Counted from the stretch's first letter, positions 8,053-17,160 are shown. The stretch: DNA of 32,000 bases from Pyrinomonadaceae bacterium (GCA_963763855.1 CAVXPU010000005.1:2278911-2310910), one strand, 5' to 3'. The notes: generated by a model from the letters alone, not told the origin. Program-made: numbers and translations.

Positions 8053-10340
8053 AAAAACTTGCTAAATTGTTGTCATTGATGATCTTATCGTCAATATTTA
8101 TCCAATCGGTTATGGCTTGCGGACCTTTCACTGTGGATCCCCTTTTTTCTTTTACGAAACACGCGGATTACCCTTTAAATGATTATGCAAAAGGAAAAGT
8201 AGGTAATATTCCAACGAGTTATGGCAGAATGTCGCTCGTGCTTTTCTATAGGCAGCTCCATAATTTGCCGCTTTCCACAAGTGAACAAAAGCAATATGTG
8301 CAAGCACTTAGTAACAGAATTGGGACTCACACACCTGATGGTGCAGATGAAACAGTCAAAACTATGACTCCGGCATTATCCGGTCAACAGCAATGGGAAA
8401 ATTCACGGAAGAAAGTTTTGAGCGGCGAAACAAAAGTAGCGACAGAAAAAAAGGATGATGACAGATATTTCAGTTTCGAAAATTGTCTTGATGCGGCATT
8501 TGAAACGGCATCAAACACTCTCGAAGCCCGAATTAAGGAACATGGAATCGATTCCATTATAAAAGAATGGCTGAGCGGACAAGATGCCGTTTTCTCAAAT
8601 TGTAGCACTAACCGTGATTTGCCAGTTAAACTCGTCGGAAGCGAACCAAAATGGCTTCAAAAAGACCGCGAATATCAAATTGCATCCGCCCTTTTTTATC
8701 AAAATAAATATCCGGAAGCCCGAAGCGAATTTGAAAAAATTGCTCAAGATAGTGATTCTGCGTGGCAAAAAACTGCGAAATTCGTGATCGCACGAACGTT
8801 TATCCGCGAAGCAGGCGTAATTGATGTTTATGATGCCAACGACGAAAAGAAGAAGGAAAGAATCGAACTCTATAAAAAAGCCTCAGAAAAACTTGAAGCG
8901 ATTGCCGCCGACAGTTCGCTTTCGGAATTTCATGATTCTGCAAAACGATTGCAAAATTATGTCGGTTTTAGAATTAAGCCGCGGGAACAGCGTCGTGAAT
9001 TAGCCCAAAAACTCGTCCAAAAAAACGAGAACACCAATTTTTACAATGATTTAGTCGATTACATTTGGTTAATGGATGTGGTTGAAAATGAAAGTCGCGA
9101 AATTGGTATGGAAACCGAACGAAAAGAAGCAGAAGCTAAAGGAAAAGAGGTTGACTACGACTATAAATTAAAGCGTCGCGACATTCGTAGCAGCGAACTT
9201 GGTGCAGATTTAACCGATTGGCTTTTTGCTTATCAAACGGCTGACAGTTATCCTTACGCGTTGGCTAAGTGGAATGAACTCAAGAGTTTAGCGTGGTTTG
9301 TCGCAGCTATTTCTAAAGCTCAGAAAGATTCTTCAAATATCTCTGAACTTTTGAACGAAGCAAATAAAATCAAGCCAGATTCAACCGCTTTTGCAACCGT
9401 TAGCTATCATCAGATCAGATTGCTAACTGAAGCGGGTAAATCCGCCGAAGCCAGGCAAAAGCTTAATGAAGTCATAAAATCGATCAGCAAATATCCATTA
9501 TCTACACAAAATGACTTTCTCTCACAAAAAATGCTTTTAGCCGAAAATTTGGATGATTTTCTGAAATATTCGCAACGGAAGGCGGCGACTTTTGTTTGGA
9601 GTGACGACGTCAATGAAGAAGGCGATGATTTGAAAGACGATTCGGAATTTAAGGCTTGGAAAGAGAGAGCAATGTTTGATATGGATTCAGTCGGTGTTTT
9701 TAATGAGAAATTGCCGTTATCAGTTTTGCGTCAAGCCGCTTTGAGTCCGACGTTGCCAAATCATCTGAAAAAGTTTTTAGTAATTGCAGTTTGGACACGT
9801 GCTTTTATTCTGGGCAATCAGCCAATTCAAAATGAATTCACGCCATTGATGGCGAAATTTGCACCGGAATACAAGGTTTCAGCAAGTGATGAAACAGCTT
9901 CTCTTTTGGCATTCGGTCGAAACCCGGCAATCCAGCCATACGTCCCGTTTGGGATGGGCAGAGGCGAAACCCTGACCAATTCAATTGATAGTATTCGCGG
10001 AAACTGGTGGTGTCTTGAGAATAGAAATCGGCAGTCTTCGCCCGGTTTTTTAAGTGCCGCTCAGAAAAATGAAGCGACTAGCGAACAAAAGAAAATTTCA
10101 ACTTCGGGAGAATCAGCAACATTTTTGGCACAAAAAGCGGTGGATTTTGCGAATAAAAACATGACAAATCCAAGCACTCCTGAAATTTTACATCTTGCTG
10201 TTCGTTCAACGCGGTATGGCTGCAAAGACTTGAATACATTGCGTTATTCGAAAATGGCTTATGACATTTTGCACAAGAAATTTCCACGCAGCGAATGGAC
10301 AAAAAAGACTCCGTATTACTTTGGTGAAGTCCAGAATTAG
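8049..10340 (+). CDS. Large lipoprotein of unknown function with TPR-like helical stretches
   Basis: 763 aa. Signal peptide MKKLAKLLSLMILSSIFIQSVMAC with a Cys lipobox. ATGA overlap with the upstream stop (8049-8052) indicates translational coupling. I recognise no catalytic motif. Confidence 0.75.
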   Translation: MKKLAKLLSLMILSSIFIQSVMACGPFTVDPLFSFTKHADYPLNDYAKGKVGNIPTSYGRMSLVLFYRQLHNLPLSTSEQKQYVQALSNRIGTHTPDGADETVKTMTPALSGQQQWENSRKKVLSGETKVATEKKDDDRYFSFENCLDAAFETASNTLEARIKEHGIDSIIKEWLSGQDAVFSNCSTNRDLPVKLVGSEPKWLQKDREYQIASALFYQNKYPEARSEFEKIAQDSDSAWQKTAKFVIARTFIREAGVIDVYDANDEKKKERIELYKKASEKLEAIAADSSLSEFHDSAKRLQNYVGFRIKPREQRRELAQKLVQKNENTNFYNDLVDYIWLMDVVENESREIGMETERKEAEAKGKEVDYDYKLKRRDIRSSELGADLTDWLFAYQTADSYPYALAKWNELKSLAWFVAAISKAQKDSSNISELLNEANKIKPDSTAFATVSYHQIRLLTEAGKSAEARQKLNEVIKSISKYPLSTQNDFLSQKMLLAENLDDFLKYSQRKAATFVWSDDVNEEGDDLKDDSEFKAWKERAMFDMDSVGVFNEKLPLSVLRQAALSPTLPNHLKKFLVIAVWTRAFILGNQPIQNEFTPLMAKFAPEYKVSASDETASLLAFGRNPAIQPYVPFGMGRGETLTNSIDSIRGNWWCLENRNRQSSPGFLSAAQKNEATSEQKKISTSGESATFLAQKAVDFANKNMTNPSTPEILHLAVRSTRYGCKDLNTLRYSKMAYDILHKKFPRSEWTKKTPYYFGEVQN

Positions 10341-10572
10341 CCTTGAGTTTCAAACCCGATTCATAACTTATAGTTTTTGTATTTGAAAAATGTACGCTAA
10401 TTGATTATGATACTGGGTTTAGAAAAACGATTTCTAAAAATTAAGGAAAACATTGCACTAATTTATTGGTTTACTATCTTTAGTTTTTAAGAAAATGTTT
10501 GTCTGAATGCTTGAAATATGTGAAAAAAGTAACTAAATCTTTTAAAAAGTGATTTTTTACACTTGTTTCAAT

Positions 10573-10601
10573 TTGACTATGGATGATGAGAAATTTATAT
10601 T
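10573..10601 (+). promoter_or_regulatory. Putative sigma-70-type promoter for the repeat lipoprotein gene
   Basis: TTGACT (10573-10578), 17-nt spacer, TATATT (10596-10601). This would give a leader of about 90 nt. Confidence 0.35.
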
Positions 10602-10698
10602 GTCCAATGTTCCCAATAATTTTAAGTGGGATGCGTCCTTATTAAGACGCTAATCACAAAACTAATATTAACTTTGAGAAGACAGGAGAATGATTTTA

Positions 10699-11064
10699 AT
10701 GAAAAGAACTTTAGCACTATCAGCCCTTTTAGCAGTAGCTTCATTGGGCATGGCTTGTGGTCCGGAAGCACCTGCCACAAACAACGCAAACAAACCAGCT
10801 AATGCAGCTGCAAATGCCGCTAACGCAGCAGGAAACGCCGCAAATGCTGCAGGAAATGCCGCTAATGCAGCGGGAAATGCCGCTAATGCAGCAGGAAACG
10901 CCGCTAACAAAGCCGGTGAAACTGCTAACAAAATGGCTAACGCAGCGGGTGATGCTGCAAACAAAGTGGGTGATGCCGCTAACAAAGCCGGTGAAAAAAT
11001 GGGCGAAGCTGCTAACAAAGTAGCTAATGCTGCAAATGCCGCTGCTAACGAAATCAAAAAATAG
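10699..11064 (+). CDS. Low-complexity Ala/Asn/Lys-repeat lipoprotein
   Basis: Signal peptide MKRTLALSALLAVASLGMAC, followed by (NAANAAG)x4 and then AANK(A/V)G(E/D)-type repeats. AGGAG (10684-10688) lies 10 nt before ATG 10699, which I prefer over ATG 10690. A strong terminator follows. Confidence 0.7.
   Translation: MKRTLALSALLAVASLGMACGPEAPATNNANKPANAAANAANAAGNAANAAGNAANAAGNAANAAGNAANKAGETANKMANAAGDAANKVGDAANKAGEKMGEAANKVANAANAAANEIKK
10825..10908 (+). repeat. Four tandem 21-bp units inside the lipoprotein CDS
   Basis: GCAGCAGGAAACGCCGCAAAT / GCTGCAGGAAATGCCGCTAAT / GCAGCGGGAAATGCCGCTAAT / GCAGCAGGAAACGCCGCTAAC, with degenerate copies on both flanks. Confidence 0.9.
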
Positions 11065-11086
11065 TTTGTCTCTGACAAATTTAATG

Positions 11087-11117
11087 AAAAAGCACATTCG
11101 TGAAGGGTGTGCTTTTT
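11087..11117 (+). terminator. Rho-independent terminator
   Basis: AAAAAGCACA (11087-11096), 11-nt loop, TGTGCTTTTT (11108-11117), 22 nt after the stop codon. Confidence 0.8.
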
Positions 11118-11383
11118 ACTTTTAGATCATGATTCTTTGATGGTTTTAGTTTAATCTGGCGTTATTGGCTTACTCAAAAACTTGGATGTTTCTCGCGAAT
11201 TTGATATATTTAAGGATATCAAAAATATGACTTCAAGAAGTATTGCAAAGCTCCGACCCGTCATCAGTCGCCCATTTCTTTTCGCGGGAGACTAATTTTT
11301 CTTTCTCAGAAATCCACTATTCTCAAGCGTCGAAATCTATTCGACTTATTTTTATTTATTCAAACCATTGAGGAGAAATTTTT

Positions 11384-12736
11384 ATGACACCAACTACAGA
11401 ACTACAAAAACCAATTATCAAAACCGAACTTCCCGGACCAAAAGGTCGTGCCATTATCGCCGCTGATGAGCAGTTTGTAACGCCGAGTTATCCGCGTCCC
11501 GATTACAAATTAGTCGCCGAAAAAGGTTACGGCGTGTGGATTGAAGATGCCGACGGAAACGTATTTCTTGATTGCAATGCAGGTGTCGCCGTTTGTTCAA
11601 CGGGTCATTGCCATCCCGAAATTGTCGAAGCTATCACTAAGCAAACACAGACTTTAATCCACATGTGCGGAACGGATTATTACTACAAACAAATGCCCGA
11701 TCTCGGCAGAAAATTAGATGAAATTGTGCCGATTAAATCGCCGACCAAAACACATTTTGCCAATTCGGGAGCAGAAGCAATCGAAACTGCTTTGAAATTG
11801 GCGATGTTTGCCACACGCCGACAAAAATTTATCTCGTTTTTCGGCTCGTTTCACGGCAGAACTTTAGGTGCGTTGTCGCTCACGTCATCGAAAAAAGCAC
11901 AACGGCTCGGCTTTATGCGTCAAGCATTGGACGTGGTTCACGTTCCGTATCCGAATTGCTACCAATGTCCGTTTGAAAAAGGAAAATGCGACGATGGTTC
12001 GTGCTGTATGGGAACAACCAAATGGATTGAAAACCGTTTGTTTCAAACAACTACACCGCCCGAAGAAGTTGCCGCGATTGTGGTGGAAGCCGTTCAAGGC
12101 GAAGGCGGTTATGTTCCTGCTCCGAAAGAGTTTATGGTCGCCATCAGAGAAATTTGCGACAAACACGGTATTCTTTTAATCATTGACGAAGTGCAAAGCG
12201 GAATGGGCAGAACGGGCAAAATGTTTGCGACCGATCATTACGGAATCGAAGCGGATATAATCTGCGTGGCAAAAGGCATCGGATCAGGTTTGCCGATTGG
12301 TGCGTGCGTTGCCCGTGCCGATCTGATGACGTGGCACAAAGGAGCTCACGCTTCGACATTCGGCGGAAATCCGGTCTGCATTGCATCGGCGTTAAAAACA
12401 ATCGAACTGCTTGAAAACGGTTTGACTGAAAACGCGGCGGTTGTCGGCGGTTATCTGCAAACAGGTTTACGAAAATTGCAGGAAAAATACGAATGTATCG
12501 GCGATGTTCGCGGACTTGGGTTGATGGTCGGCGTTGAATTTGTCGAAGATAAATTGTCGAAAAAACCGAATCCGACATTACGCGACAAAATCGAGATGGA
12601 ATGCTTTAACAACGGTTTGATTATCTTAGGTTGCGGAACTTCAACAATCCGTTGGTCGCCGCCGCTTATTTTGACAAAAGAAAATGTTGACGTGGCGTTG
12701 GAAATTTTTGATAACGCAATCGCGGCTTCGTTGTAA
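11384..12736 (+). CDS. Class-III PLP aminotransferase (4-aminobutyrate / acetylornithine aminotransferase-like)
   Basis: 450 aa. Motifs DEVQSGMGRTGKMFA, the putative PLP-lysine context CVAKGIGSG, and STFGGNP. GAGGAG RBS at 11369-11374. Confidence 0.85.
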   Translation: MTPTTELQKPIIKTELPGPKGRAIIAADEQFVTPSYPRPDYKLVAEKGYGVWIEDADGNVFLDCNAGVAVCSTGHCHPEIVEAITKQTQTLIHMCGTDYYYKQMPDLGRKLDEIVPIKSPTKTHFANSGAEAIETALKLAMFATRRQKFISFFGSFHGRTLGALSLTSSKKAQRLGFMRQALDVVHVPYPNCYQCPFEKGKCDDGSCCMGTTKWIENRLFQTTTPPEEVAAIVVEAVQGEGGYVPAPKEFMVAIREICDKHGILLIIDEVQSGMGRTGKMFATDHYGIEADIICVAKGIGSGLPIGACVARADLMTWHKGAHASTFGGNPVCIASALKTIELLENGLTENAAVVGGYLQTGLRKLQEKYECIGDVRGLGLMVGVEFVEDKLSKKPNPTLRDKIEMECFNNGLIILGCGTSTIRWSPPLILTKENVDVALEIFDNAIAASL

Positions 12737-12755
12737 GTACAAAAAGATTTCATAA

Positions 12756-12790
12756 AAAGGACACTAGGAATTTCTTGGTGTCTTTTTCTA
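12756..12790 (+). terminator. Rho-independent terminator-like hairpin
   Basis: GACACTAGG / CTTGGTGTC stem (two G-U pairs) with a 5-nt loop, followed by TTTTT. It lies only about 20 nt before the SOD start. Confidence 0.6.
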
Positions 12791-12811
12791 TTTGTGGTAA
12801 ATTTTAACATT

Positions 12812-13510
12812 ATGAAACGTAGAGATTTCTTAGCTGCATTAACGGCAATTACGGCTGCCTCAACCCTAACCGTCAAAGGTTTTCCGGCAATTATTGGCAA
12901 GGCAAAACCGCGTGAATTCCCACCCTTGCCTTATGCGGAAGATGCACTTGCCCCAATTATTTCTCAAAATACCGTAAATATTCACTACAACAAACATCAC
13001 AAAGGATATTTTGATCCTGTCAATAAACTAACCGCCGGAACTCCTTTAGCCGAAGCTTCTTTGGAAGAAATTATCATGAAAACTTACAAAGACAAGGCAA
13101 ATCTCAACAGTCCTAGTTTGTTTAATATGGCGGCTCAGGTTTGGAATCATACGTTTTATTGGAATTCACTTACGCCAAGTGGCGGCGGAAAGCCAACCGG
13201 AAAAATACTCGACAAAATCAATGAATCTTTTGGCGATTACGAAGAGTTCAAAAAACAATTGACGGATGCATCCATTTCAACCTTCGGAACAGGTTGGAGT
13301 TGGCTCGTTGCCGATAAAAAAGGCAGACTCTCTATAATCAAAACCGAGGACGCGGACACTCCTTTGACAATGAAATTAAAGCCGCTTTTGACGATTGATG
13401 TTTGGGAACACGCATATTATCTGGATTATCAAAACAGGCGTGCCGATTACGTGAAAACACTAATCGACAAACTTTTACATTGGGAATTTGCATCTAAGAA
13501 TTTGGGTTAA
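12812..13510 (+). CDS. Fe/Mn-family superoxide dismutase with twin-arginine signal peptide
   Basis: MKRRDFLAALTAITAAS (Tat motif RRDFL) precedes the canonical LPYAEDALAP...IHYNKHH...AQVWNHTFYW...DVWEHAYYLDYQNRR. I chose ATG 12812 over the GTG at 12794. Confidence 0.85.
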   Translation: MKRRDFLAALTAITAASTLTVKGFPAIIGKAKPREFPPLPYAEDALAPIISQNTVNIHYNKHHKGYFDPVNKLTAGTPLAEASLEEIIMKTYKDKANLNSPSLFNMAAQVWNHTFYWNSLTPSGGGKPTGKILDKINESFGDYEEFKKQLTDASISTFGTGWSWLVADKKGRLSIIKTEDADTPLTMKLKPLLTIDVWEHAYYLDYQNRRADYVKTLIDKLLHWEFASKNLG

Positions 13511-13790
13511 AACATATTAGTCGAATAAATTTGTCAGGTGTTTTGGCTTAAACGTTGAGAACGCATGAATTACCACCGGATAAAACAAAACAAAAGCTCG
13601 TCTGTATCTTTCAGATTGCCCCGAAAGTTGTTGTGATACACGCGTTGAGTGTTTGACGCTTGAAATTAGCTAAAAACCCTAAGTTTGTGTATTATTAGTT
13701 TTGTTGATTCAAAATAATTCCATAATTACAAGTCCAGTTCAGAAACCCCTAAACAAGTAGGCTTCTAATTATCCTAGAAAAAAGGAAACG

Positions 13791-15347
13791 ATGAAAATAT
13801 TACTTTATAATCCCGACAATGGGATTACACGAAATTTTATGCCGCATCTTTGGATGTTTCTTTTGCAAGCACTAACGCCAAAGGAACATGAGGTGATATT
13901 GGTAGATGGCAACGCAAAGGCAATGTCACGTCAAGAACTCGTTCAATTCTGTAAAGATGAAAACATCGGCTTGGTTGGAATTGGTGCGATGACACGGATG
14001 GTAGCTCGTGCCTATTTGGTAGCTGATGCACTTCGTGACGCAGGAATCAAAGTTGTAATGGGCGGACCGCACGTTACGGAATGCCCGGATGAAGCTCTTG
14101 GCAGAGATGGCGGCAAGCGTCATGCCGATGCAGTTGCCCTCGGAGAAGCCGACGAATATTGGGCTGACATGGTTGAAGATGCCGCTAATAATTGCTTAAA
14201 AGACACCTATCAGCCAAAGCTCGACCCCAAAGGAAACGACGTGAAGCCGACTCTCCAGCCATACCCGCATATTCCTTGGGAAACTTTAGATTTAGATCAA
14301 TTCAGTCTGGTTCCAAAATTTTTACGCAAAACATTATCGAAAATGGGCGAAGGTTGGGGAAGTTTCCACGTTGTTCCAATCGAAACCGGTCGCGGATGTC
14401 CCTACGGCTGCGAGTTTTGTACTGTAACCGGCTTCTTTGGAGACTCAATTCGCTTCCGCGAAAATGCAGACGTAGTTGCCGAACTTCTTCGTTTGAAAGA
14501 ACGAATGAAACGCGAGAAAGGTCAGATTGCAGTATTTTTCATCGATGATAATTTAGCCATCAATAAAAAGCGGGCGAAGCAATTGATGCGAGATATTATT
14601 GCAGCAGATGCCTGTCTGCCATGGGTCGCACAGATTTCCGCAAATCTTTTGGAAGATGAAGAATTGGTTGATCTAATTGCGGAATCGGGCGGAAAATGGG
14701 TATTTATCGGAATGGAATCTATTGATCCTGCAAACATGGCGGACGTTAATAAGCAATTTTCGAAGCCTGCGAATTATCAATCAGTTTTAGATAGATTAGC
14801 CCAAAGAAATATTTTTGCGATCACTTCGTTTATTTTCGGAATGGATAACGATACTGTCGGGGTAGCCACGAGGACAGTTGACGAAATTGAGAAATGGTCA
14901 CCGGGACTTCCCGTTTTTGGTCAGCTAACTCCATTTCCAGCGACGCCTTTGTACGACAGATTGCTCAAAGCAGGTCGTTTGGATCGACCGAAACATTGGC
15001 TCGATTTTGCCCCATTTGTGATGGCTCACAATCCTTTGAAAATGACAATTGAGGATGCAAAAGTTGAAACCTTTGCTGCTTGGTCGCGGTCATACAGCCC
15101 GGAAAGAAACTGGGAAGCCATTGAGGTTCTTAAAGATAAGCCGATTGCTTCGAGAATTAACATGTTGGTCGCCCGACTTTTCTTTCGCGGAATTTACTTT
15201 CCACAAATGGGAACTGCTGCTTGGTTAAAGCTCCTCTGGCAAAATAGAAAACCGATCATAAGCTTAACCAAAGAAGGACTTGGCACATGGCGAAGAGCAA
15301 GGAAAAATAAGCGTTTGAAAGAAGCTCAAGCTTTTACTTCACTCTAG
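13791..15347 (+). CDS. B12-binding-domain radical SAM protein (class B, DUF4070-type C-terminus)
   Basis: 518 aa. N-terminal Rossmann-like B12-binding region (VGIGAMT...VVMGGPH), radical SAM cluster motif GRGCPYGCEFCTV, and C-terminal TPFPATPLYDRLLKAGRL. Confidence 0.8.
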   Translation: MKILLYNPDNGITRNFMPHLWMFLLQALTPKEHEVILVDGNAKAMSRQELVQFCKDENIGLVGIGAMTRMVARAYLVADALRDAGIKVVMGGPHVTECPDEALGRDGGKRHADAVALGEADEYWADMVEDAANNCLKDTYQPKLDPKGNDVKPTLQPYPHIPWETLDLDQFSLVPKFLRKTLSKMGEGWGSFHVVPIETGRGCPYGCEFCTVTGFFGDSIRFRENADVVAELLRLKERMKREKGQIAVFFIDDNLAINKKRAKQLMRDIIAADACLPWVAQISANLLEDEELVDLIAESGGKWVFIGMESIDPANMADVNKQFSKPANYQSVLDRLAQRNIFAITSFIFGMDNDTVGVATRTVDEIEKWSPGLPVFGQLTPFPATPLYDRLLKAGRLDRPKHWLDFAPFVMAHNPLKMTIEDAKVETFAAWSRSYSPERNWEAIEVLKDKPIASRINMLVARLFFRGIYFPQMGTAAWLKLLWQNRKPIISLTKEGLGTWRRARKNKRLKEAQAFTSL

Positions 15348-15364
15348 TTTTTTCCACAAAAAAT

Positions 15365-15400
15365 ACCGTTGTTAGATTTCAAACGATTTCTAACAACGGT
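15365..15400. terminator. Bidirectional terminator between radical SAM gene and etfA
   Basis: Perfect 12-bp inverted repeat ACCGTTGTTAGA (15365-15376) / TCTAACAACGGT (15389-15400). Flanked by AAAAAA on the left and TTTAGTTTTTT on the right. Confidence 0.8.
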
Positions 15401-15421
15401 TTAGTTTTTTAAAGTACTAAG

Positions 15422-16393
15422 TTAGCCTTTAGCCTTTTTGATTTCCTCAATTAACGTCGGTACAGCTTCAAATAAATCCCCAACAATCCCGTAATCCGCA
15501 ATGTCGAAAATCGGTGCTTCCGAATCTTTGTTAATCGCCACAATTGTCGAAGCATTTTTCATTCCGACGATATGCTGAATCGCTCCTGAAATTCCGAGTG
15601 CGATATAAACTTTCGGTGCAACAGTTTGACCGGACGAACCGATTTGACGGTCAATCGGAAGCCATTCGCTGTCGCAAATCGGACGCGATGCCGCCAAATC
15701 TGCCCCCAAAATATCCGCGAGTTGCTGAGCAATCGCGATATTTTCCTGCGATTTGATTCCGCGACCGACCGCAACGATTATTTCAGATTTCGATAGATCA
15801 ACCGTTGCTTTTGCTTCTTGAAAAGGAGCCTCGGGTTTCATCCGAATATCACCAACCGTAACATCAACGTTTTCAATAGTTGCACTTCCCTTTGCAGCGT
15901 TATCACCGCGAAAAGCACCACTTTGAAATGTTACAAAATACGGAGCCTCGCCGCCGATTGTTACATCAGCGTCAAGTTTTCCGAGGAAAATCCGACGTGT
16001 AAAAGTAAGTTTTCCGCCATCATTTTTGTAACGGATGCAATCACCCAAAACTTCTTTCCCAAATCGTGCAGCGAGTTTCGGAGCAAAGTCGCGAACCTGA
16101 TAAGTGTGCGACATAATCACATACTCTGGATTGTTCGCTTTTATGATCTCGGCAAAAGCGTCAGTGTAACCGTCTGGCGTATAAGTTCCAAGTTTTTCAT
16201 TTTTTGCAACAATGACTTTCGCAATATCGTAAGTCGCAATATCATTTGCAAGCGTGCAACTTACTGCACCACAAGGGATTACAGCCGCAACCGATAATCC
16301 CAATTCCTTTCCAAGCGTTTGTGCCGCCGTAATCGCTTCAAGCGAAGTTTTGTTCAAAACGCAGTCTTTGTGTTCGATAAATACTAAAATCAT
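15422..16393 (-). CDS. etfA: Electron transfer flavoprotein alpha subunit
   Basis: 323 aa. The C-terminal FAD-binding region PKVYIALGISGAIQHIVGM is typical of EtfA. Overlaps etfB by 4 nt. Confidence 0.9.
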   Translation of the reverse strand: MILVFIEHKDCVLNKTSLEAITAAQTLGKELGLSVAAVIPCGAVSCTLANDIATYDIAKVIVAKNEKLGTYTPDGYTDAFAEIIKANNPEYVIMSHTYQVRDFAPKLAARFGKEVLGDCIRYKNDGGKLTFTRRIFLGKLDADVTIGGEAPYFVTFQSGAFRGDNAAKGSATIENVDVTVGDIRMKPEAPFQEAKATVDLSKSEIIVAVGRGIKSQENIAIAQQLADILGADLAASRPICDSEWLPIDRQIGSSGQTVAPKVYIALGISGAIQHIVGMKNASTIVAINKDSEAPIFDIADYGIVGDLFEAVPTLIEEIKKAKG

Positions 16394-17160
16394 ATAACTC
16401 TAACCTCCGTTCTGAGCTTTTCTACAAGCTCAACCGCACCGCGTTTCGCGTCGCCGCCGCCAAGCATTTGGGTCGTTTTCAGCTTCAATGGCAGATAAAC
16501 TTTCTCAATTTTTTGTGCCGACACAAAAGTTTCGATTGTCGGCACGACTTCGCGAACAGGTTTCGATTTTGCCGACATAATGCCTTTCAAAGTGGCGTAA
16601 CGAATCTGCGAAATGCCGGATTGAATCGTCATCAAAGCCGGTAGCTGATAGGTAAACCATTGATACCAACCGCTTTCGAGTTCTCGTTTAACGCGGAAAT
16701 CGCTTGATTCACGATCAACTTCGATTACCAAAGTCGCGTGCGGAACCCCTAAAAGTTCTGCAAGAATTACCCCCGTTTGCCCGTAACCGCTGTCGTCTGA
16801 CTGCAAACCTGCGTAAACCAAATCTGCGTTTTCCTCGCGAATCGCGTCCGCAATCGTTTTCGCGATCGTATAAGGCGACATACCCTGTGTGTTTTCCGCA
16901 ACAATATGAATCGCACGATCGGCACCTCGAGCAAGGGCGTCTTTGATAACGGTTTTTGCCGATTGCCCGCCGAGTGTGCAGACGATAACTTCGCCGCCGC
17001 CCTTGGCTTCTTTCATTCGCAAAGCTTCTTCGAGTGCGTAGCCGTCAGACTCATTCGTCTGCATTGCAACGTCCGAATCCTCAATCCATTTTTCGTCTTT
17101 ACCAATCCGCAAAACTGCGTCTTTATTGGCAACTTGCTTCATTAAAACTATGATTTTCAT
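16390..17160 (-). CDS. etfB: Electron transfer flavoprotein beta subunit
   Basis: 256 aa. MKIIVLMKQV...NESDGYALEEALRMKE...DLVYAGLQSDD is typical of EtfB. ATGA overlap with etfA. Confidence 0.9.
   Translation of the reverse strand: MKIIVLMKQVANKDAVLRIGKDEKWIEDSDVAMQTNESDGYALEEALRMKEAKGGGEVIVCTLGGQSAKTVIKDALARGADRAIHIVAENTQGMSPYTIAKTIADAIREENADLVYAGLQSDDSGYGQTGVILAELLGVPHATLVIEVDRESSDFRVKRELESGWYQWFTYQLPALMTIQSGISQIRYATLKGIMSAKSKPVREVVPTIETFVSAQKIEKVYLPLKLKTTQMLGGGDAKRGAVELVEKLRTEVRVI

Noticed and set aside
10668-11097. Long ORFs on the minus strand and in an alternative plus frame (136, 118 and 88 aa) overlapping the repeat lipoprotein gene.
   Set aside because: They are by-products of the GC-rich Ala/Asn codon repeats, which are stop-free in several frames. 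Only the 10699-11064 frame has an RBS, a signal peptide with a lipobox and a terminator.
13511-13790. Cobalamin riboswitch or RiPP precursor peptide upstream of the B12-radical SAM gene.
   Set aside because: I saw no B12-box-like sequence. The only short ORF (23 codons from 13565) has no RBS and an unremarkable sequence.
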